In this document: positions 35,538 to 46,233 of the stretch, in pieces | How the letters are laid out: every line of letters starts with the position of its first letter | How positions within the stretch are numbered: position 1 is the stretch's first letter | Source: Candidatus Nanopelagicaceae bacterium | Lineage (GTDB): Bacteria; Actinomycetota; Actinomycetes; Nanopelagicales; Nanopelagicaceae | DNA: 57,373 bases | Reading direction: 5' to 3' | Assembly (NCBI GenBank): GCA_023254845.1 | Contig: JALRKE010000002.1 | Coordinates: 1-57,373 of the forward strand | Notes under the pieces: model-generated | What the model was told of the DNA's origin: nothing | The model's input: the letters and a program-made list of their open reading frames with translations, nothing else | The model's database searches: none | Made by a program: the position numbers and the translations under genes

Positions 35538-36602
35538 TTGAAACTCCCGGATTTTCCTTGGGACGCCCTGGCTCCATATGGGCAAAAAGCTCGCGCTCAC
35601 CCAGAAGGTGGAATCGATCTCTCTCAAGGTACCCCAGTTGATCCAACTCCTGATTTCATCCAAGAAGTATTAAGAGCAAGCGCCAACTCGCCCAGTTATC
35701 CCGTAACCACCGGCAGTAAAGAGCTCCGTGAATCTATGGAGCGCTATGGACGAGAGATATTGGGAGCATCAGGAGACTTTGATGTACTTCCCACAATTGG
35801 CTCGAAGGAGATGGTTGCGCTACTTCCATTTCTCTTAGAGGCAAAGCGAGTCTTGATTCCAAGGGTCGCTTATCCCACTTACAAAGTGGGTGGCCTGCTA
35901 AATCACGCCGAAGTAATCGAAGTAGATATAGATCCAAGTAATTGGCCAACAGAAGGCGTCGATCTAGTCTGGCTAAATTCGCCCTCAAATCCAACTGGGC
36001 GGGTACATAGCGATAGTGAGATTGAATCAGTTCTTGCTTGGTCTAGAGGTAACTCAATTCCAGTTGCAAGTGATGAGTGCTATCTGCCCTTTCCGGATTC
36101 CAAGAAAGCAAGGTCAATTCTTGATCTTGCAGAAGGCGACAACACCGGACTCCTTGCGCTTCACTCACTCTCTAAACGGAGCAATCTCGCTGGTTATCGT
36201 GCGGCATTTGCAATTGGAGATAGCTCGCTAATCAGGAAGTTACTAGAAATTCGAAAGCACATGGGCATGATGGTTCCGCTCCCAGTTCAACGAGCCATGG
36301 CGGTTGCCCTCGGTGATGAGCAACATGTCGCGCAACAGGCTGAGCGATATCGCGCTCGAAGGAGGAAGCTGGCCAGCGCCCTAGTTGAGATTGGCTATCA
36401 AATTGACCACTCTGAAGCGGGCCTTTATATCTGGTGCACTAATGGTAGAAAAGATTGGGATTGTGTTGCCTGGTTTGCCGATCGGGGAGTAATAGTCACT
36501 CCGGGAAGCTTTTATGGCGATTCTGGGAACCAACATATTCGAATCGCACTAACCGCAACAGATGAAAATATCGAGGATGTGGCTATGAGGATTAAGAGTT
36601 AA
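35538..36602 (+). CDS. dapC: Succinyldiaminopimelate transaminase
   Basis: LPDFPWDALAPY N-terminus and PLP-lysine region HSLSKRSNLAGYR. It lies immediately after the ferredoxin gene, as Rv1177/Rv1178 do. Confidence 0.85.
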   Translation: MKLPDFPWDALAPYGQKARAHPEGGIDLSQGTPVDPTPDFIQEVLRASANSPSYPVTTGSKELRESMERYGREILGASGDFDVLPTIGSKEMVALLPFLLEAKRVLIPRVAYPTYKVGGLLNHAEVIEVDIDPSNWPTEGVDLVWLNSPSNPTGRVHSDSEIESVLAWSRGNSIPVASDECYLPFPDSKKARSILDLAEGDNTGLLALHSLSKRSNLAGYRAAFAIGDSSLIRKLLEIRKHMGMMVPLPVQRAMAVALGDEQHVAQQAERYRARRRKLASALVEIGYQIDHSEAGLYIWCTNGRKDWDCVAWFADRGVIVTPGSFYGDSGNQHIRIALTATDENIEDVAMRIKS

Positions 36603-37585
36603 TGGGCTCGATAAATAAGGCGATTCTCTTAGTGGGTGGCAAAGGAACTCGATTAATGCCGCTTACCACTAACACTCCAAAGCCGATGTTGAAGATTGCT
36701 GGCGCACCAGTCACGGAGCATCAGATCATTAAGGCGCGCGAATCTGGAATCACCGAGATTGTCCTTGCCACTTCTTATCTTGCTGATGTCTTCGAACCGT
36801 ATTTTGGCGATGGTTCACGTTTTGGAATCAATATCAAATACGCCTATGAAACGCAGCCCCTCGGAACGGGTGGAGCTATCGCAAATGCGGCTCAACAACT
36901 AGAGCTAGGTGCAAACGAAGCTCTCTTCATCTTCAACGGCGATGTCTTAAGTTCGCATGACCTAGCCGCACAGGCAAAGTTACATATAAATTCGAATGCC
37001 GCAGTGACTTTGCATTTAGTAGAAGTCCCAGATGCCAGGGCATATGGATGCGTTCCAATTAGCGCTGATTCCAAAGTCCTACAGTTCCTCGAGAAAATGG
37101 ATAACCCCATCGCAAAAACAATAAATGCTGGTTGCTACATTTTCTCTAGCCGAGCGCTCAAAGAGATTCCAAAGGGCTCTGTAGTAAGCGTTGAGCGAGA
37201 GACCTTTCCGTCGCTTCTTGACTCAGGTCAAAGTATCTTTGGATATGTTGATGGTGGATATTGGATCGATATGGGAACTCCTGAATCGATGATTCGAGCC
37301 TCGCGGGATCTGATCTCAAATCCTGCGCTCTCAAAGGCAACCCCGGAGGTGATAAATAACACCCTAGTTATGAGAGAGGTTCGACTTCACCCGAGTTCAA
37401 AGGTGGGTGCAGGTTCCTATTTAGAATCTGGAGTTGTAATCGAGGCCAATTCAATTGTGAATGGCTCCATTATTGGCGAAAAAGCTCATATAGAGAGCGA
37501 TGTTTTGATTGAAAATAGCTACATTGCACCGGGTTCTCGAGTCATAGGTGGTTCAAAACTAAGGGGAGAAATCTTCGGATTTTGA
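36602..37585 (+). CDS. NDP-sugar pyrophosphorylase, mannose-1-phosphate guanylyltransferase-like (Rv3264c-like)
   Basis: Motifs LVGGKGTRLMPLT and PLGTGGAI, plus C-terminal left-handed beta-helix repeats. Confidence 0.85.
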   Translation: MGSINKAILLVGGKGTRLMPLTTNTPKPMLKIAGAPVTEHQIIKARESGITEIVLATSYLADVFEPYFGDGSRFGINIKYAYETQPLGTGGAIANAAQQLELGANEALFIFNGDVLSSHDLAAQAKLHINSNAAVTLHLVEVPDARAYGCVPISADSKVLQFLEKMDNPIAKTINAGCYIFSSRALKEIPKGSVVSVERETFPSLLDSGQSIFGYVDGGYWIDMGTPESMIRASRDLISNPALSKATPEVINNTLVMREVRLHPSSKVGAGSYLESGVVIEANSIVNGSIIGEKAHIESDVLIENSYIAPGSRVIGGSKLRGEIFGF

Positions 37586-37606
37586 GTTTCTTTCGACCTT
37601 CCTAAC

Positions 37607-37635
37607 TTGACTCGGGCGACTTACAAGCGTGTAAT
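37607..37635 (+). promoter_or_regulatory. Candidate sigma-A-type promoter for whiB2
   Basis: TTGACT (37607-37612), a 17-nt spacer, then TGTAAT (37630-37635), about 50 nt upstream of the whiB2 ATG. Based on motif match only. Confidence 0.25.
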
Positions 37636-37687
37636 TCTCCTCATTGAGCCGGCCTTGGGGTCGGCCACCGTCGTAGGAGTTCAGCTG

Positions 37688-37981
37688 ATGACTGATGCTC
37701 GTCGTATAGAGCAGAACTACAACCCCGGTCCATCTATCCAATTAGGCAATGGCGAAGTCGTCGAGCTTTCTTGGCAGGAGCGCGCACTCTGCGCTCAGAC
37801 CGATCCAGAAGCATTCTTTCCTGAGAAGGGTGGCTCAACCCGAGAGGCAAAGCGGGTCTGCTTATCCTGCGAAGTGCGCCAAGAATGTCTGGAATACGCT
37901 CTCGCCCATGATGAAAGATTTGGAATCTGGGGCGGACTCTCAGAGCGTGAACGCCGTCGCTTGAAGCGCCGACCTGCGTAA
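37688..37981 (+). CDS. whiB2: WhiB-family Fe-S transcriptional regulator, WhiB2/WhmD type
   Basis: WQERALCAQTDPEAFFPEKGGSTREAKRVCLSCEVRQECLEYALAHDERFGIWGGLSERERRRLKR is near-identical to the WhiB2 core. ATG at 37688 is preceded by GGAG. Confidence 0.92.
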   Translation: MTDARRIEQNYNPGPSIQLGNGEVVELSWQERALCAQTDPEAFFPEKGGSTREAKRVCLSCEVRQECLEYALAHDERFGIWGGLSERERRRLKRRPA

Positions 37982-38019
37982 TCTCTTTCCTTATCTTCTA
38001 ACTTAACCAAGGCGGTGAG

Positions 38020-41000
38020 ATGCCGACTTCTATCTCAAACTCCTTAAGGTCACGCCATCATGTGACTGCGATCTTGGTTGCCCATAATGGCGCAACTTGG
38101 TTACCGGAAGTAGTTGCATCGCTGACAAAACAGCGCCATGAGATAGATCAAGTAATTGCAGTTGATACCGGATCAAGTGATGACTCGGCGCGGTTACTAA
38201 AGAACGCTGGAATTTCAATGTTAAGCGCGCCACGTGAGACGGGATTTGGCGCTGCTGTTGAAATTGCACTTGCAAGTTCAAAATTAAGGCGCGCTACTGA
38301 AGGTGTGACCGAATGGATCTGGTTGATTCATGATGATTGTGCACCACAAGCAGAAGCGCTCCGTGAATTGTTATTGGCAATTGATGAGAAACCGAATGTT
38401 GCTCTTGTCGGTCCCAAGTTACGCGGTTGGTATGACCGAAACCATTTGTTGGAAGTGGGAGTGAGTATCGCGGGAAATGGCGCCCGGTGGACTGGCTTGG
38501 AATACCGCGAACAGGATCAAGGACAACATGACGGAATCGCGGAAGTCTTATCGGTAAGTACTGCTGGCGCGCTAATCCGTCGTGATGTTTTTGAAGAGAT
38601 CGGCGGATTTGATAAGGAGCTATCACTTTTCCGAGATGATGTAGATCTCGGTTGGCGAATCCATACTGCGGGACATTCTGCGCTAGTCGTCCCCGCTGCG
38701 ATTGCATTCCATGCTGAAGCGGCCGCTAACGAACGGCGCGAGATTGATGTCACCGATGCATTTCTTCATCGTCCACTTCTTCTTGATCGTCGCCATGCTG
38801 CATACGTACTTCTAGCTAACTCAACTTTTTGGTTGTTACCAATCATCTCACTACAACTTTTGAGTTCGGCGATATTGCGTTCGATTGGATATCTGTTAGC
38901 GAAACTTCCCGGCTATGCCCTAGATGAATTGGCGGCGGTCGCGCTAGTAATTCTCCAACCGCAAGATCTAATTCGCGCAAGGCGAGCCCGCAAGTCGACG
39001 CGGCTCGTATCATCTCGAGTTGTTGCGCGCTTCGTGCCGCCAAGAGGACCCCAAATTGCGCTAACCATTGAAAAGACTAGAGATGCGCTCCTTCGGACTT
39101 GGCGTGCCACCTCGCTCACTAAGAAAGAAGAGAGCCTCCAAACTTCTTCGATTGACTTTAACGATGAGGCGGCCGAAAACGCTGATATCGAACTCGTTAG
39201 GGGGCCCTCAATCTTTACTGGGATTAAGTCACGCCCAGTCCTTAACTCATTCATGGCCGTATTCGCAATCTCACTGATTGCATTTAGAGGGAGATATGCG
39301 GACTTAGTGGGTGGTGCAATGCCGCTTACTCCTGCTAGTGGATTGGACCTACTCCGCCAATATGTTGACTCATGGCACATCGTCGGCCTTGGTTCGAGTG
39401 TGAATATGCCGCCCTGGATTGCAATCCTTGGGACAGCAACGCTGATAACTGGATTTAACGCCAAACTCTTTATCTCGATTCTCTTTGTCTTAGCAGTGCC
39501 GCTCGCATTTATTGGCGCTTATTTGCTGGCCAAAAAATTTACCGACCTGCCCTACCTCGCCCTTGGGGCTGCGCTGCTTTACTCATTTGCTCCATTTGGA
39601 TTGACTGCACTTAATGCCGGAAGGCTAGCTACCGTCGTTCTATTTGTTCTTGGTCCATGGTTGGTTCGAGCTCTCCTAGATCTTGAGATTCTTGAATCGC
39701 TAACTTGGAGAAAAGTCTGGTGGTTAACGATTCTGTTGACTATCGTCTTTGCATTTTCGCCATTAACTTTCGGAGCAATCGTAATCTGGCAGTTCTTATT
39801 GGTGGTACTTGATGTCTTTGCTTTCAATGCTAAACCAAGTCGATTGAGTAAAGAGGATTTTGATTCGAGGAACGTCCGACGTATTGCAATCGTTGCTACT
39901 CCAATTATTGTTACAGCGCCCTGGTCCCTTGAACTCATGCTTCATCCATCAAGAATTCTGCTTGATCCCGGCCTGCCGCTGCCTGGCGGTGATGTGCTCT
40001 CGATAATTCTTACAAATCCCGGTGGCCTCGGCGCTCCTCCGAGTTGGATAGTTCCATCAGCCCTATTCATCTCTGTTATTGCTCTATTTGTGCGTGAAAC
40101 CGCTCGACTAGGTGAGGTCGCGCTCTTCTTCATTGGCTTGGCGGCAATCTTTGGCTCTCGTCAAGTAGCTGGCCATGGCCAAAACATCCCAGAGCCGTTA
40201 TGGGTTGGAAGTCTTTTAGTAGTCCCGATCTTGGCAGCAGTTCTAGCCGGTGTAGTCATGGTTGATCAATATGTACCAAAGATCTCAGAGAGCGCTATTG
40301 ATTACCGACATCTGCTCTTGGGAAGCACCTCGCTACTTTCGATTCTTTCCTTGCTCGCTTCGATGGCCTGGTGGGTAGGAGGCGCCGCCACAGCGCCGCT
40401 ACAAACCAAAGAGAGATCTGCGCTGCCGGCTTTCTTGAGCGTAGCAGCCCAGACCGATGAACGATTTAAAACCCTAGTCATAAATAGCAGCATAACTGAA
40501 ACGAAATTCTTCATTGCGCGCGAGCGCGATCTTCAATTAGGTGAACCTGATATAACGACCGGGCTATCACAAGTGGTGAACAAGGCGATTATTAATCTTG
40601 TTACTGGATCTGGAATTGACTCGAGCCAGATCATGGCGGAGTTCGGCATAAAGTATGTATTTCTCGTTCGACCTTTCAATAAGGATTTAGTGCGCACTAT
40701 TGATGGAGTTGGAGGATTTACCAGAGCATCGAGAACCACTGAAGGAATTACTTGGAAAGTTGCCGGCGCGCTAGCTCACATTTCATTCCTATCAAGCGAT
40801 GGAACTTATCTTGCGCTACCTAGCGGTCATGTTGGAGCAAGTGGAACGCTTCCTTCTTCTGGAACTGTGATTATTACGGAAAAGTTTGATTCAAGATGGA
40901 AGTTACTTCTAAATGGCCGGGCGATTGATGCGCAAGAGACAGATAGTGGAGTACTTCGCTTCGTAATACCTGAAGCTGGTGAGTTCATCATTTATCACGA

Positions 41001-41118
41001 TGGAACAACGCGTCGCGGTTGGGTTTCGTTGCAGTTCATTTTCTTCACAACGCTGATTGTCTTGGCTCTACCAGCTCGCCGGAGACGAAGTGAGATGAGC
41101 GAAGAGGAGCTCGCGTGA
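38020..41118 (+). CDS. Family-2 glycosyltransferase fused to a large polytopic membrane and extracytoplasmic domain (1032 aa)
   Basis: GT2 motifs VIAVDTGSSDDS, WLIHDDCAP and FRDDVDLGWR lie in the first ~300 aa. Many hydrophobic helices follow (about residues 270-800), then a soluble segment and a terminal TM segment. Confidence 0.85.
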   Translation: MPTSISNSLRSRHHVTAILVAHNGATWLPEVVASLTKQRHEIDQVIAVDTGSSDDSARLLKNAGISMLSAPRETGFGAAVEIALASSKLRRATEGVTEWIWLIHDDCAPQAEALRELLLAIDEKPNVALVGPKLRGWYDRNHLLEVGVSIAGNGARWTGLEYREQDQGQHDGIAEVLSVSTAGALIRRDVFEEIGGFDKELSLFRDDVDLGWRIHTAGHSALVVPAAIAFHAEAAANERREIDVTDAFLHRPLLLDRRHAAYVLLANSTFWLLPIISLQLLSSAILRSIGYLLAKLPGYALDELAAVALVILQPQDLIRARRARKSTRLVSSRVVARFVPPRGPQIALTIEKTRDALLRTWRATSLTKKEESLQTSSIDFNDEAAENADIELVRGPSIFTGIKSRPVLNSFMAVFAISLIAFRGRYADLVGGAMPLTPASGLDLLRQYVDSWHIVGLGSSVNMPPWIAILGTATLITGFNAKLFISILFVLAVPLAFIGAYLLAKKFTDLPYLALGAALLYSFAPFGLTALNAGRLATVVLFVLGPWLVRALLDLEILESLTWRKVWWLTILLTIVFAFSPLTFGAIVIWQFLLVVLDVFAFNAKPSRLSKEDFDSRNVRRIAIVATPIIVTAPWSLELMLHPSRILLDPGLPLPGGDVLSIILTNPGGLGAPPSWIVPSALFISVIALFVRETARLGEVALFFIGLAAIFGSRQVAGHGQNIPEPLWVGSLLVVPILAAVLAGVVMVDQYVPKISESAIDYRHLLLGSTSLLSILSLLASMAWWVGGAATAPLQTKERSALPAFLSVAAQTDERFKTLVINSSITETKFFIARERDLQLGEPDITTGLSQVVNKAIINLVTGSGIDSSQIMAEFGIKYVFLVRPFNKDLVRTIDGVGGFTRASRTTEGITWKVAGALAHISFLSSDGTYLALPSGHVGASGTLPSSGTVIITEKFDSRWKLLLNGRAIDAQETDSGVLRFVIPEAGEFIIYHDGTTRRGWVSLQFIFFTTLIVLALPARRRRSEMSEEELA

Positions 41119-42425
41119 AAGAGACAAGAGCTTCCTTCGCCTTACTTTTCTTCATAATTGCTGCACATATTGCTTATTTCTTGCCACAAGTAAGCATTGA
41201 GAGTGAAGTAAGCCAGAGTTATTCGGTAACCACCTGTCCAGAAGCAGTGAATGGATCACGTTCCACCGCTCTCCTGCCAACGAGGCAAGTTGGAGTAAGA
41301 GAGTTAGCCCGTGCGAATGCGAGTTTCAACAAGCCAAAATCCGGTACTCCAACCCTAAGCAGTGGCGCAATAATCGTTGAAGGTGATCCGAGGAATTCTT
41401 GGGTGATACAGACCAAGGCAACGCGATGGACTAGCGCGGCAACATGTATCTCCGGAGCTACTACATCATGGTTTGTTGGTGGAACTGCAAATGTCACCAG
41501 TCAAGGTAAGTTAGTACTAATAAATGGTGGGCTAAGTGATGCCGTAGCTGAGGTAGCAACCTATTCTGAAGATGGCCCGAGCGTGCCTCGAAGTATCACC
41601 GTTAAAGCGCTAACCGAGCGAGAGATTCGAATCGACTCATTATTACCTGGCGCTAATCGCTTGGTAGTAAAGGTTAAGGTGATAAGTGGTCGCGTTACTA
41701 GTTTCTTGATTGATGAGCGAGCTCGGGGACTAGACAATATCGGTGGAGATTTCGTAGCGCCAATAACCACACCAAGCACAGAGTTGGTAATCGCTGGAGT
41801 ACCGGCCAAATTTGGAAGCTCAAGCTCCATCACGAGAGTCTTGCGATTGATGAGTACCGATGAAGTTGATACAAATGTCTCAGTAGAAGTTATTTCCAGG
41901 GCAGGTATATATGTCCCAGTTGAACTTGGAAATATTGAGATTAATGCCGGGGAGGTAGTTGACATCCCAATACAGAATTTAGATTTAGGAAAAGGCAACT
42001 TTGGATTGAAGATCATGGCCACTTCAGCAATCGTGGCATCGCTCTTGAGTGAAGTGAAGAGTGGTTCAGTTTCAGACTTTATGTGGAGCGCCCCCTCGAC
42101 CTCCTTCGAAAACGCGAGCTTCAACATCTATGGCCTGGAACCCAGCATTACTTTTCTCGGTGATCAGATTCGCGCCCGAATTCAATGGCGGAGCCGCGAT
42201 GGAAAGAGCTTTTCGGAGAATCTCTCGGGGGAGGAAATCCTCAATTGGCGAGTTCCTGCAAACACCCGATTGATCACAATCTCTAATATCTCTGGCGCCA
42301 GAGCCGGTATGTCCTGGCTCACCTCGGATGGAGTTACTCATCTTCCGATCGAGAGCGCGGCAACTCTTGAGAGCGCAGCTAGACCGCGCGCTGACATCTC
42401 AGTTATTCAACCTAGAACCAGGTAA
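41115..42425 (+). CDS. DUF5719-like secreted or membrane-anchored protein
   Basis: N-terminal TM segment FALLFFIIAAHIAYFL, then about 400 aa of beta-rich S/T/V-rich sequence. GTGA overlap with the GT2 fusion. This gene order is conserved in Actinobacteria. Confidence 0.65.
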   Translation: MKETRASFALLFFIIAAHIAYFLPQVSIESEVSQSYSVTTCPEAVNGSRSTALLPTRQVGVRELARANASFNKPKSGTPTLSSGAIIVEGDPRNSWVIQTKATRWTSAATCISGATTSWFVGGTANVTSQGKLVLINGGLSDAVAEVATYSEDGPSVPRSITVKALTEREIRIDSLLPGANRLVVKVKVISGRVTSFLIDERARGLDNIGGDFVAPITTPSTELVIAGVPAKFGSSSSITRVLRLMSTDEVDTNVSVEVISRAGIYVPVELGNIEINAGEVVDIPIQNLDLGKGNFGLKIMATSAIVASLLSEVKSGSVSDFMWSAPSTSFENASFNIYGLEPSITFLGDQIRARIQWRSRDGKSFSENLSGEEILNWRVPANTRLITISNISGARAGMSWLTSDGVTHLPIESAATLESAARPRADISVIQPRTR

Positions 42426-42468
42426 TCACATCCCACATTTCCCTCGGTGAGCCGACTAATCTCGCGCC

Positions 42469-42840
42469 ATGTCATCGCCGCGCTCAAAACCGAGTATCAC
42501 TGGTCGGCGTTGCTCCAAAACAAGTTGCAGAGATAGCGCCACGAAGACATTGATTTACATCTATCCAGATTCAACGGCTGTCCTTGGTCCACTATCAACT
42601 TATGCCGAGCCACATTCATTTGATTTCTGTGATTCACATAGCGAGCGATTGACTGTTCCAAGAGGCTGGACCGTTATAAGGCATGAAGAAGACGGAGCTA
42701 GAGAAGAACCAAGCGCCGAGGATCTAATGGCAATTGCTGATGCGGTACGAGAAGTCGCAAAGAGCGGTCCAGTTCAACATAACTCTCAACCTGAGATCGG
42801 TCGGCGTGGACATCTGCGAGCACTTCCCTCTCAAAACTAG
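42469..42840 (+). CDS. DUF3499-family protein (putative zinc-ribbon)
   Basis: The motifs CSKTSC...LGPLSTYAEPHSFDFCDSHSERLTVPRGW are typical of DUF3499. It lies upstream of the phosphomannomutase gene, as in other Actinobacteria. Confidence 0.75.
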   Translation: MSSPRSKPSITGRRCSKTSCRDSATKTLIYIYPDSTAVLGPLSTYAEPHSFDFCDSHSERLTVPRGWTVIRHEEDGAREEPSAEDLMAIADAVREVAKSGPVQHNSQPEIGRRGHLRALPSQN

Positions 42841-42846
42841 TAGTCG

Positions 42847-44235
42847 ATGAATAACGAAGCTGTAGAACGGATCATCAAGGCTTATGACATCCGCGGTTTA
42901 GTTGATGGTGAATTAACTGAAGACTTTGCATTTTCCGCCGGAGTCGCCTTTGCCCGCTTTTTAGAACTTAAGCGTGAGCCAGCAACAGTTGTAATTGGTG
43001 AAGATATGCGTCCTTCATCGCCGGACTTAGCATCAGCTTTTGCAGATGGTGTCACCTCTCAGAGCTTTGATGTACTACGAATTGGTCTTGCATCAACCGA
43101 TCAACTCTATTTCGCATCTGGATCGCTAAATCTTCCCGGAGCGATGTTTACAGCAAGTCATAACCCAGCCGAATACAACGGAATCAAGCTATGTTTAAGC
43201 GGGGCCCGCCCCATAAGCCAAGAGACAGGTTTAACTTGGATAAAGAATGAGATCTTAAATGGCGCCCCGCTTGGACTTCGTAGCGTTGGAAAGGTCCGAG
43301 AATCGGACCTCTTAAGTGATTATGTTGATTTTCTATTCTCGCTTTTCACTGAAGATGCTTTTGATCGCAGCTATCAAGGCCGTGATTTGATAGTTGCTGT
43401 AGATGCAGGAAACGGCATGGGTGGCCATACCGTTCCGGCTGTAATGTCAAGAATTAAGGCTGAAGTTCACCCAATCTACTTTGAACTCGATGGAACTTTT
43501 CCTAATCATGAAGCTAATCCCATTGAGCCAGGAAATCTAAAGGATCTTCAGAAATTAGTCTTGGAGCAGAAAGCTGATATTGGCCTAGCTTTTGATGGCG
43601 ATGCTGATAGATGTTTCTTGGTTGACGAAAGAGGTGAGTTAGTTTCACCCTCTGCACTTACAGCCCTAATCGCAGAACGTGAGTTGAAGAAGAACCCTGG
43701 AGCTGCAGTCATCTACAACCTAATCTGTTCTAAGACGGTACCGAATGTGATTGAAGAGAATGGCGGCAAGGCAATCCGAAGTCGCGTTGGCCATTCCTTC
43801 ATTAAGAAGCTGATGGCCGAACATAACGCAGTCTTCGGCGGCGAACATTCCGGGCACTTCTACTTCAAAGATTTTTGGCGGGCAGATTCTGGAATGCTGG
43901 CAGCGCTACACGCTATTGCAGCTCTTCTAGATTCCAATCTCAAACTCTCAGAGCTCTTAGGTAATTACAACCGCTACTTCTTATCAGGGGAAATTAATAC
44001 AAAAGTCGTCGACCAACAGAGCGCTATCAGGCGAATCAAAGAGCGTTTTCAAGATTCAATCGAAGGAATCAAATTTGATGAATTAGATGGATTGACGGTG
44101 ATGGCCTCCGATTGGTGGTTTAACGTTAGGCCATCTAATACCGAGCCGCTCTTGCGCTTGAATGTTGAGGCTAATACTCGCGAAGAGATGGAGCAGATCA
44201 AGGCTTCGGTTCTCGAGTTGATGAATCTCCAGTAA
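42847..44235 (+). CDS. manB: Phosphomannomutase/phosphoglucomutase
   Basis: Motifs [21 protein letters not shown] and GGEHSGH. Confidence 0.9.
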   Translation: MNNEAVERIIKAYDIRGLVDGELTEDFAFSAGVAFARFLELKREPATVVIGEDMRPSSPDLASAFADGVTSQSFDVLRIGLASTDQLYFASGSLNLPGAMFTASHNPAEYNGIKLCLSGARPISQETGLTWIKNEILNGAPLGLRSVGKVRESDLLSDYVDFLFSLFTEDAFDRSYQGRDLIVAVDAGNGMGGHTVPAVMSRIKAEVHPIYFELDGTFPNHEANPIEPGNLKDLQKLVLEQKADIGLAFDGDADRCFLVDERGELVSPSALTALIAERELKKNPGAAVIYNLICSKTVPNVIEENGGKAIRSRVGHSFIKKLMAEHNAVFGGEHSGHFYFKDFWRADSGMLAALHAIAALLDSNLKLSELLGNYNRYFLSGEINTKVVDQQSAIRRIKERFQDSIEGIKFDELDGLTVMASDWWFNVRPSNTEPLLRLNVEANTREEMEQIKASVLELMNLQ

Positions 44236-44278
44236 ACTCGCGCTCTACATCGCTCAAGCAAATCAAGGAGATATTCAA

Positions 44279-45544
44279 GTGGCCCTACCTGCACATGACA
44301 TCGCAGATGTTTCGCTAGCTGCCGAAGGAAAGAAGCGAATTGAATGGGCCGACCGGAACATGCCGGTGCTCGCCCAGATTCGAGAGCGCCTAGAGAAGGA
44401 AAAACCATTTGTCGGAGTCCGCTTCTCTGCTTGTATGCATGTGACCACTGAGACTGCAAACTTGATGCGCGCTCTTAAGGCCGGTGGCGCCGAACTTTCG
44501 CTCTGTGCCTCTAATCCACTTTCCACCCAAGATGATGTTGTTGCCTCTCTTGTCCATGACTTCGGAATCAGCGTTTTTGCTAAAAAAGGTATTGATCGCG
44601 ATGGCTATTACCGCCACATCAATGCCTGCCTTGATATTGCGCCTCACCAAGTATTCGATGATGGTTGCGATTTAGTAAATACGCTTCATACAACTCGTAC
44701 TGAACTACTCCCAAATGTCACTGCTGGCTGCGAAGAGACCACAACTGGAGTTATTCGCCTCTCCCAGATGGCTAAAGATGGCGCTTTGAAGTTCCCGATG
44801 ATTGCGGTTAATGACACCGATACCAAGCATATGTTTGATAATCGTTATGGAACCGGCCAATCCACCATGGATGCGATCTTCCGAGCAACCAACCAATTAA
44901 TCGCTGGAAAAGTCTTTGTCGTCGCCGGATTTGGTTATTGCGGAAAAGGCGTGGCAGACCGTGCACGCGGACTTGGCGCAGATGTAGTTATTACTGAAGT
45001 AGATCCAACTAAAGCTCTTGATGCTCTGATGCAGGGCTTCCGCGTTATGCCGATGAAAGAAGCAGCAAAGATTGGTGACATATTTATTACCGTTACCGGA
45101 AACCGGACCATCTTGTCTAAAGAGCACTTTGAATTGATGAAGGATGGCGCCATCATGGCTAACGCGGGCCACTTCAACATTGAAATTGATGTGGAATGGC
45201 TAGAGGCAAACGCAAAGAAGAGCTCTCGAATTCGCCATGCGACCGATGAATACCAGCTCGCAAATGGAAATCGGATTCTCTTAATTGCTGAGGGCCGACT
45301 TGTAAATCTTGGCGCTGCTGAAGGAAGTCCCGCCGCCGTCCTCGACATGTCTTTTGCAAACCAGGCGTTGGCCGCTGAATGGCTTCTTAAGGAAGCTGCA
45401 AAGTTGGCTCCAGGAGTTTATGAAGTGCCGAGAGCAATCGATAAAGAGATCGCTAGCCTTAAGTTGAAGAGCATGGGCGCCAAGATCGATACTTTGACTC
45501 CATTGCAAGAGGATTACTTGAACTCCTGGGAGCACGGTAGCTAA
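44279..45544 (+). CDS. ahcY: Adenosylhomocysteinase (short form, 421 aa)
   Basis: Motifs [23 protein letters not shown] and the NAD loop [16 protein letters not shown] start. Confidence 0.92.
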   Translation: MALPAHDIADVSLAAEGKKRIEWADRNMPVLAQIRERLEKEKPFVGVRFSACMHVTTETANLMRALKAGGAELSLCASNPLSTQDDVVASLVHDFGISVFAKKGIDRDGYYRHINACLDIAPHQVFDDGCDLVNTLHTTRTELLPNVTAGCEETTTGVIRLSQMAKDGALKFPMIAVNDTDTKHMFDNRYGTGQSTMDAIFRATNQLIAGKVFVVAGFGYCGKGVADRARGLGADVVITEVDPTKALDALMQGFRVMPMKEAAKIGDIFITVTGNRTILSKEHFELMKDGAIMANAGHFNIEIDVEWLEANAKKSSRIRHATDEYQLANGNRILLIAEGRLVNLGAAEGSPAAVLDMSFANQALAAEWLLKEAAKLAPGVYEVPRAIDKEIASLKLKSMGAKIDTLTPLQEDYLNSWEHGS

Positions 45545-46233
45545 TGACTTCAATAATGGTCGTTGATGACGATCAAGACCTCGCAGAAATGCTTGGGATC
45601 GTCCTCAATGGCGTTGGCATGGAAGTTGATCTTGTAAGTCGTGGTGATGAAGCGGTAGAGGTATTTAAGAACTCCCAACCTGATTTAGTTCTCTTAGACA
45701 TAATGTTGCCAGGCACTGATGGAATTGAAGTTTGTCGCGAAATAAGAAAGCAATCCACTCGAGTCCCAATTGTGATGCTTACCGCTAAGAGCGATACCCA
45801 TGACATCGTTAAGGGCCTTGAAGCGGGCGCCGATGATTACATGGTCAAGCCCTTCAAGCCCTCCGAATTGGTCGCTCGTATCCGTACACGATTACGTAGA
45901 GTAAGTGGTGACATAAATGGAACGCTCACCATAGGTGACCTGGCAATTGATATCGTTGAACATACTGTTGCTCGGGGCGGAAAAGAGATTCCACTTACTC
46001 GACTCGAGTTTGATCTCCTGGTTGCACTCGCTAAAGAACCTGGTCGAGTCTTCACCCGTGAAGCTTTACTCGGTGAGGTCTGGGGTTATCGCCACTCTAC
46101 TGATACTCGCTTGGTAAATGTTCATATTCAAAGGTTGCGCGCGAAGATAGAACATGACCCAGAAAACCCCACCATTATCTCTACAGTCCGCGGAGTCGGT
46201 TACAAAGCGGGCGGTTCTGGCACACGCTCCTAA
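45544..46233 (+). CDS. mtrA: OmpR-family response regulator MtrA
   Basis: Motifs DLVLLDIMLPGTDG and VRGVGYK. TAATG overlaps on both sides. Followed by mtrB. Confidence 0.9.
   Translation: MTSIMVVDDDQDLAEMLGIVLNGVGMEVDLVSRGDEAVEVFKNSQPDLVLLDIMLPGTDGIEVCREIRKQSTRVPIVMLTAKSDTHDIVKGLEAGADDYMVKPFKPSELVARIRTRLRRVSGDINGTLTIGDLAIDIVEHTVARGGKEIPLTRLEFDLLVALAKEPGRVFTREALLGEVWGYRHSTDTRLVNVHIQRLRAKIEHDPENPTIISTVRGVGYKAGGSGTRS

Noticed and set aside
44236-44278. SAH riboswitch upstream of ahcY
   Set aside because: The gap is only 43 nt including the SD. That is too short for the aptamer, and I saw no matching conserved pseudoknot sequence.
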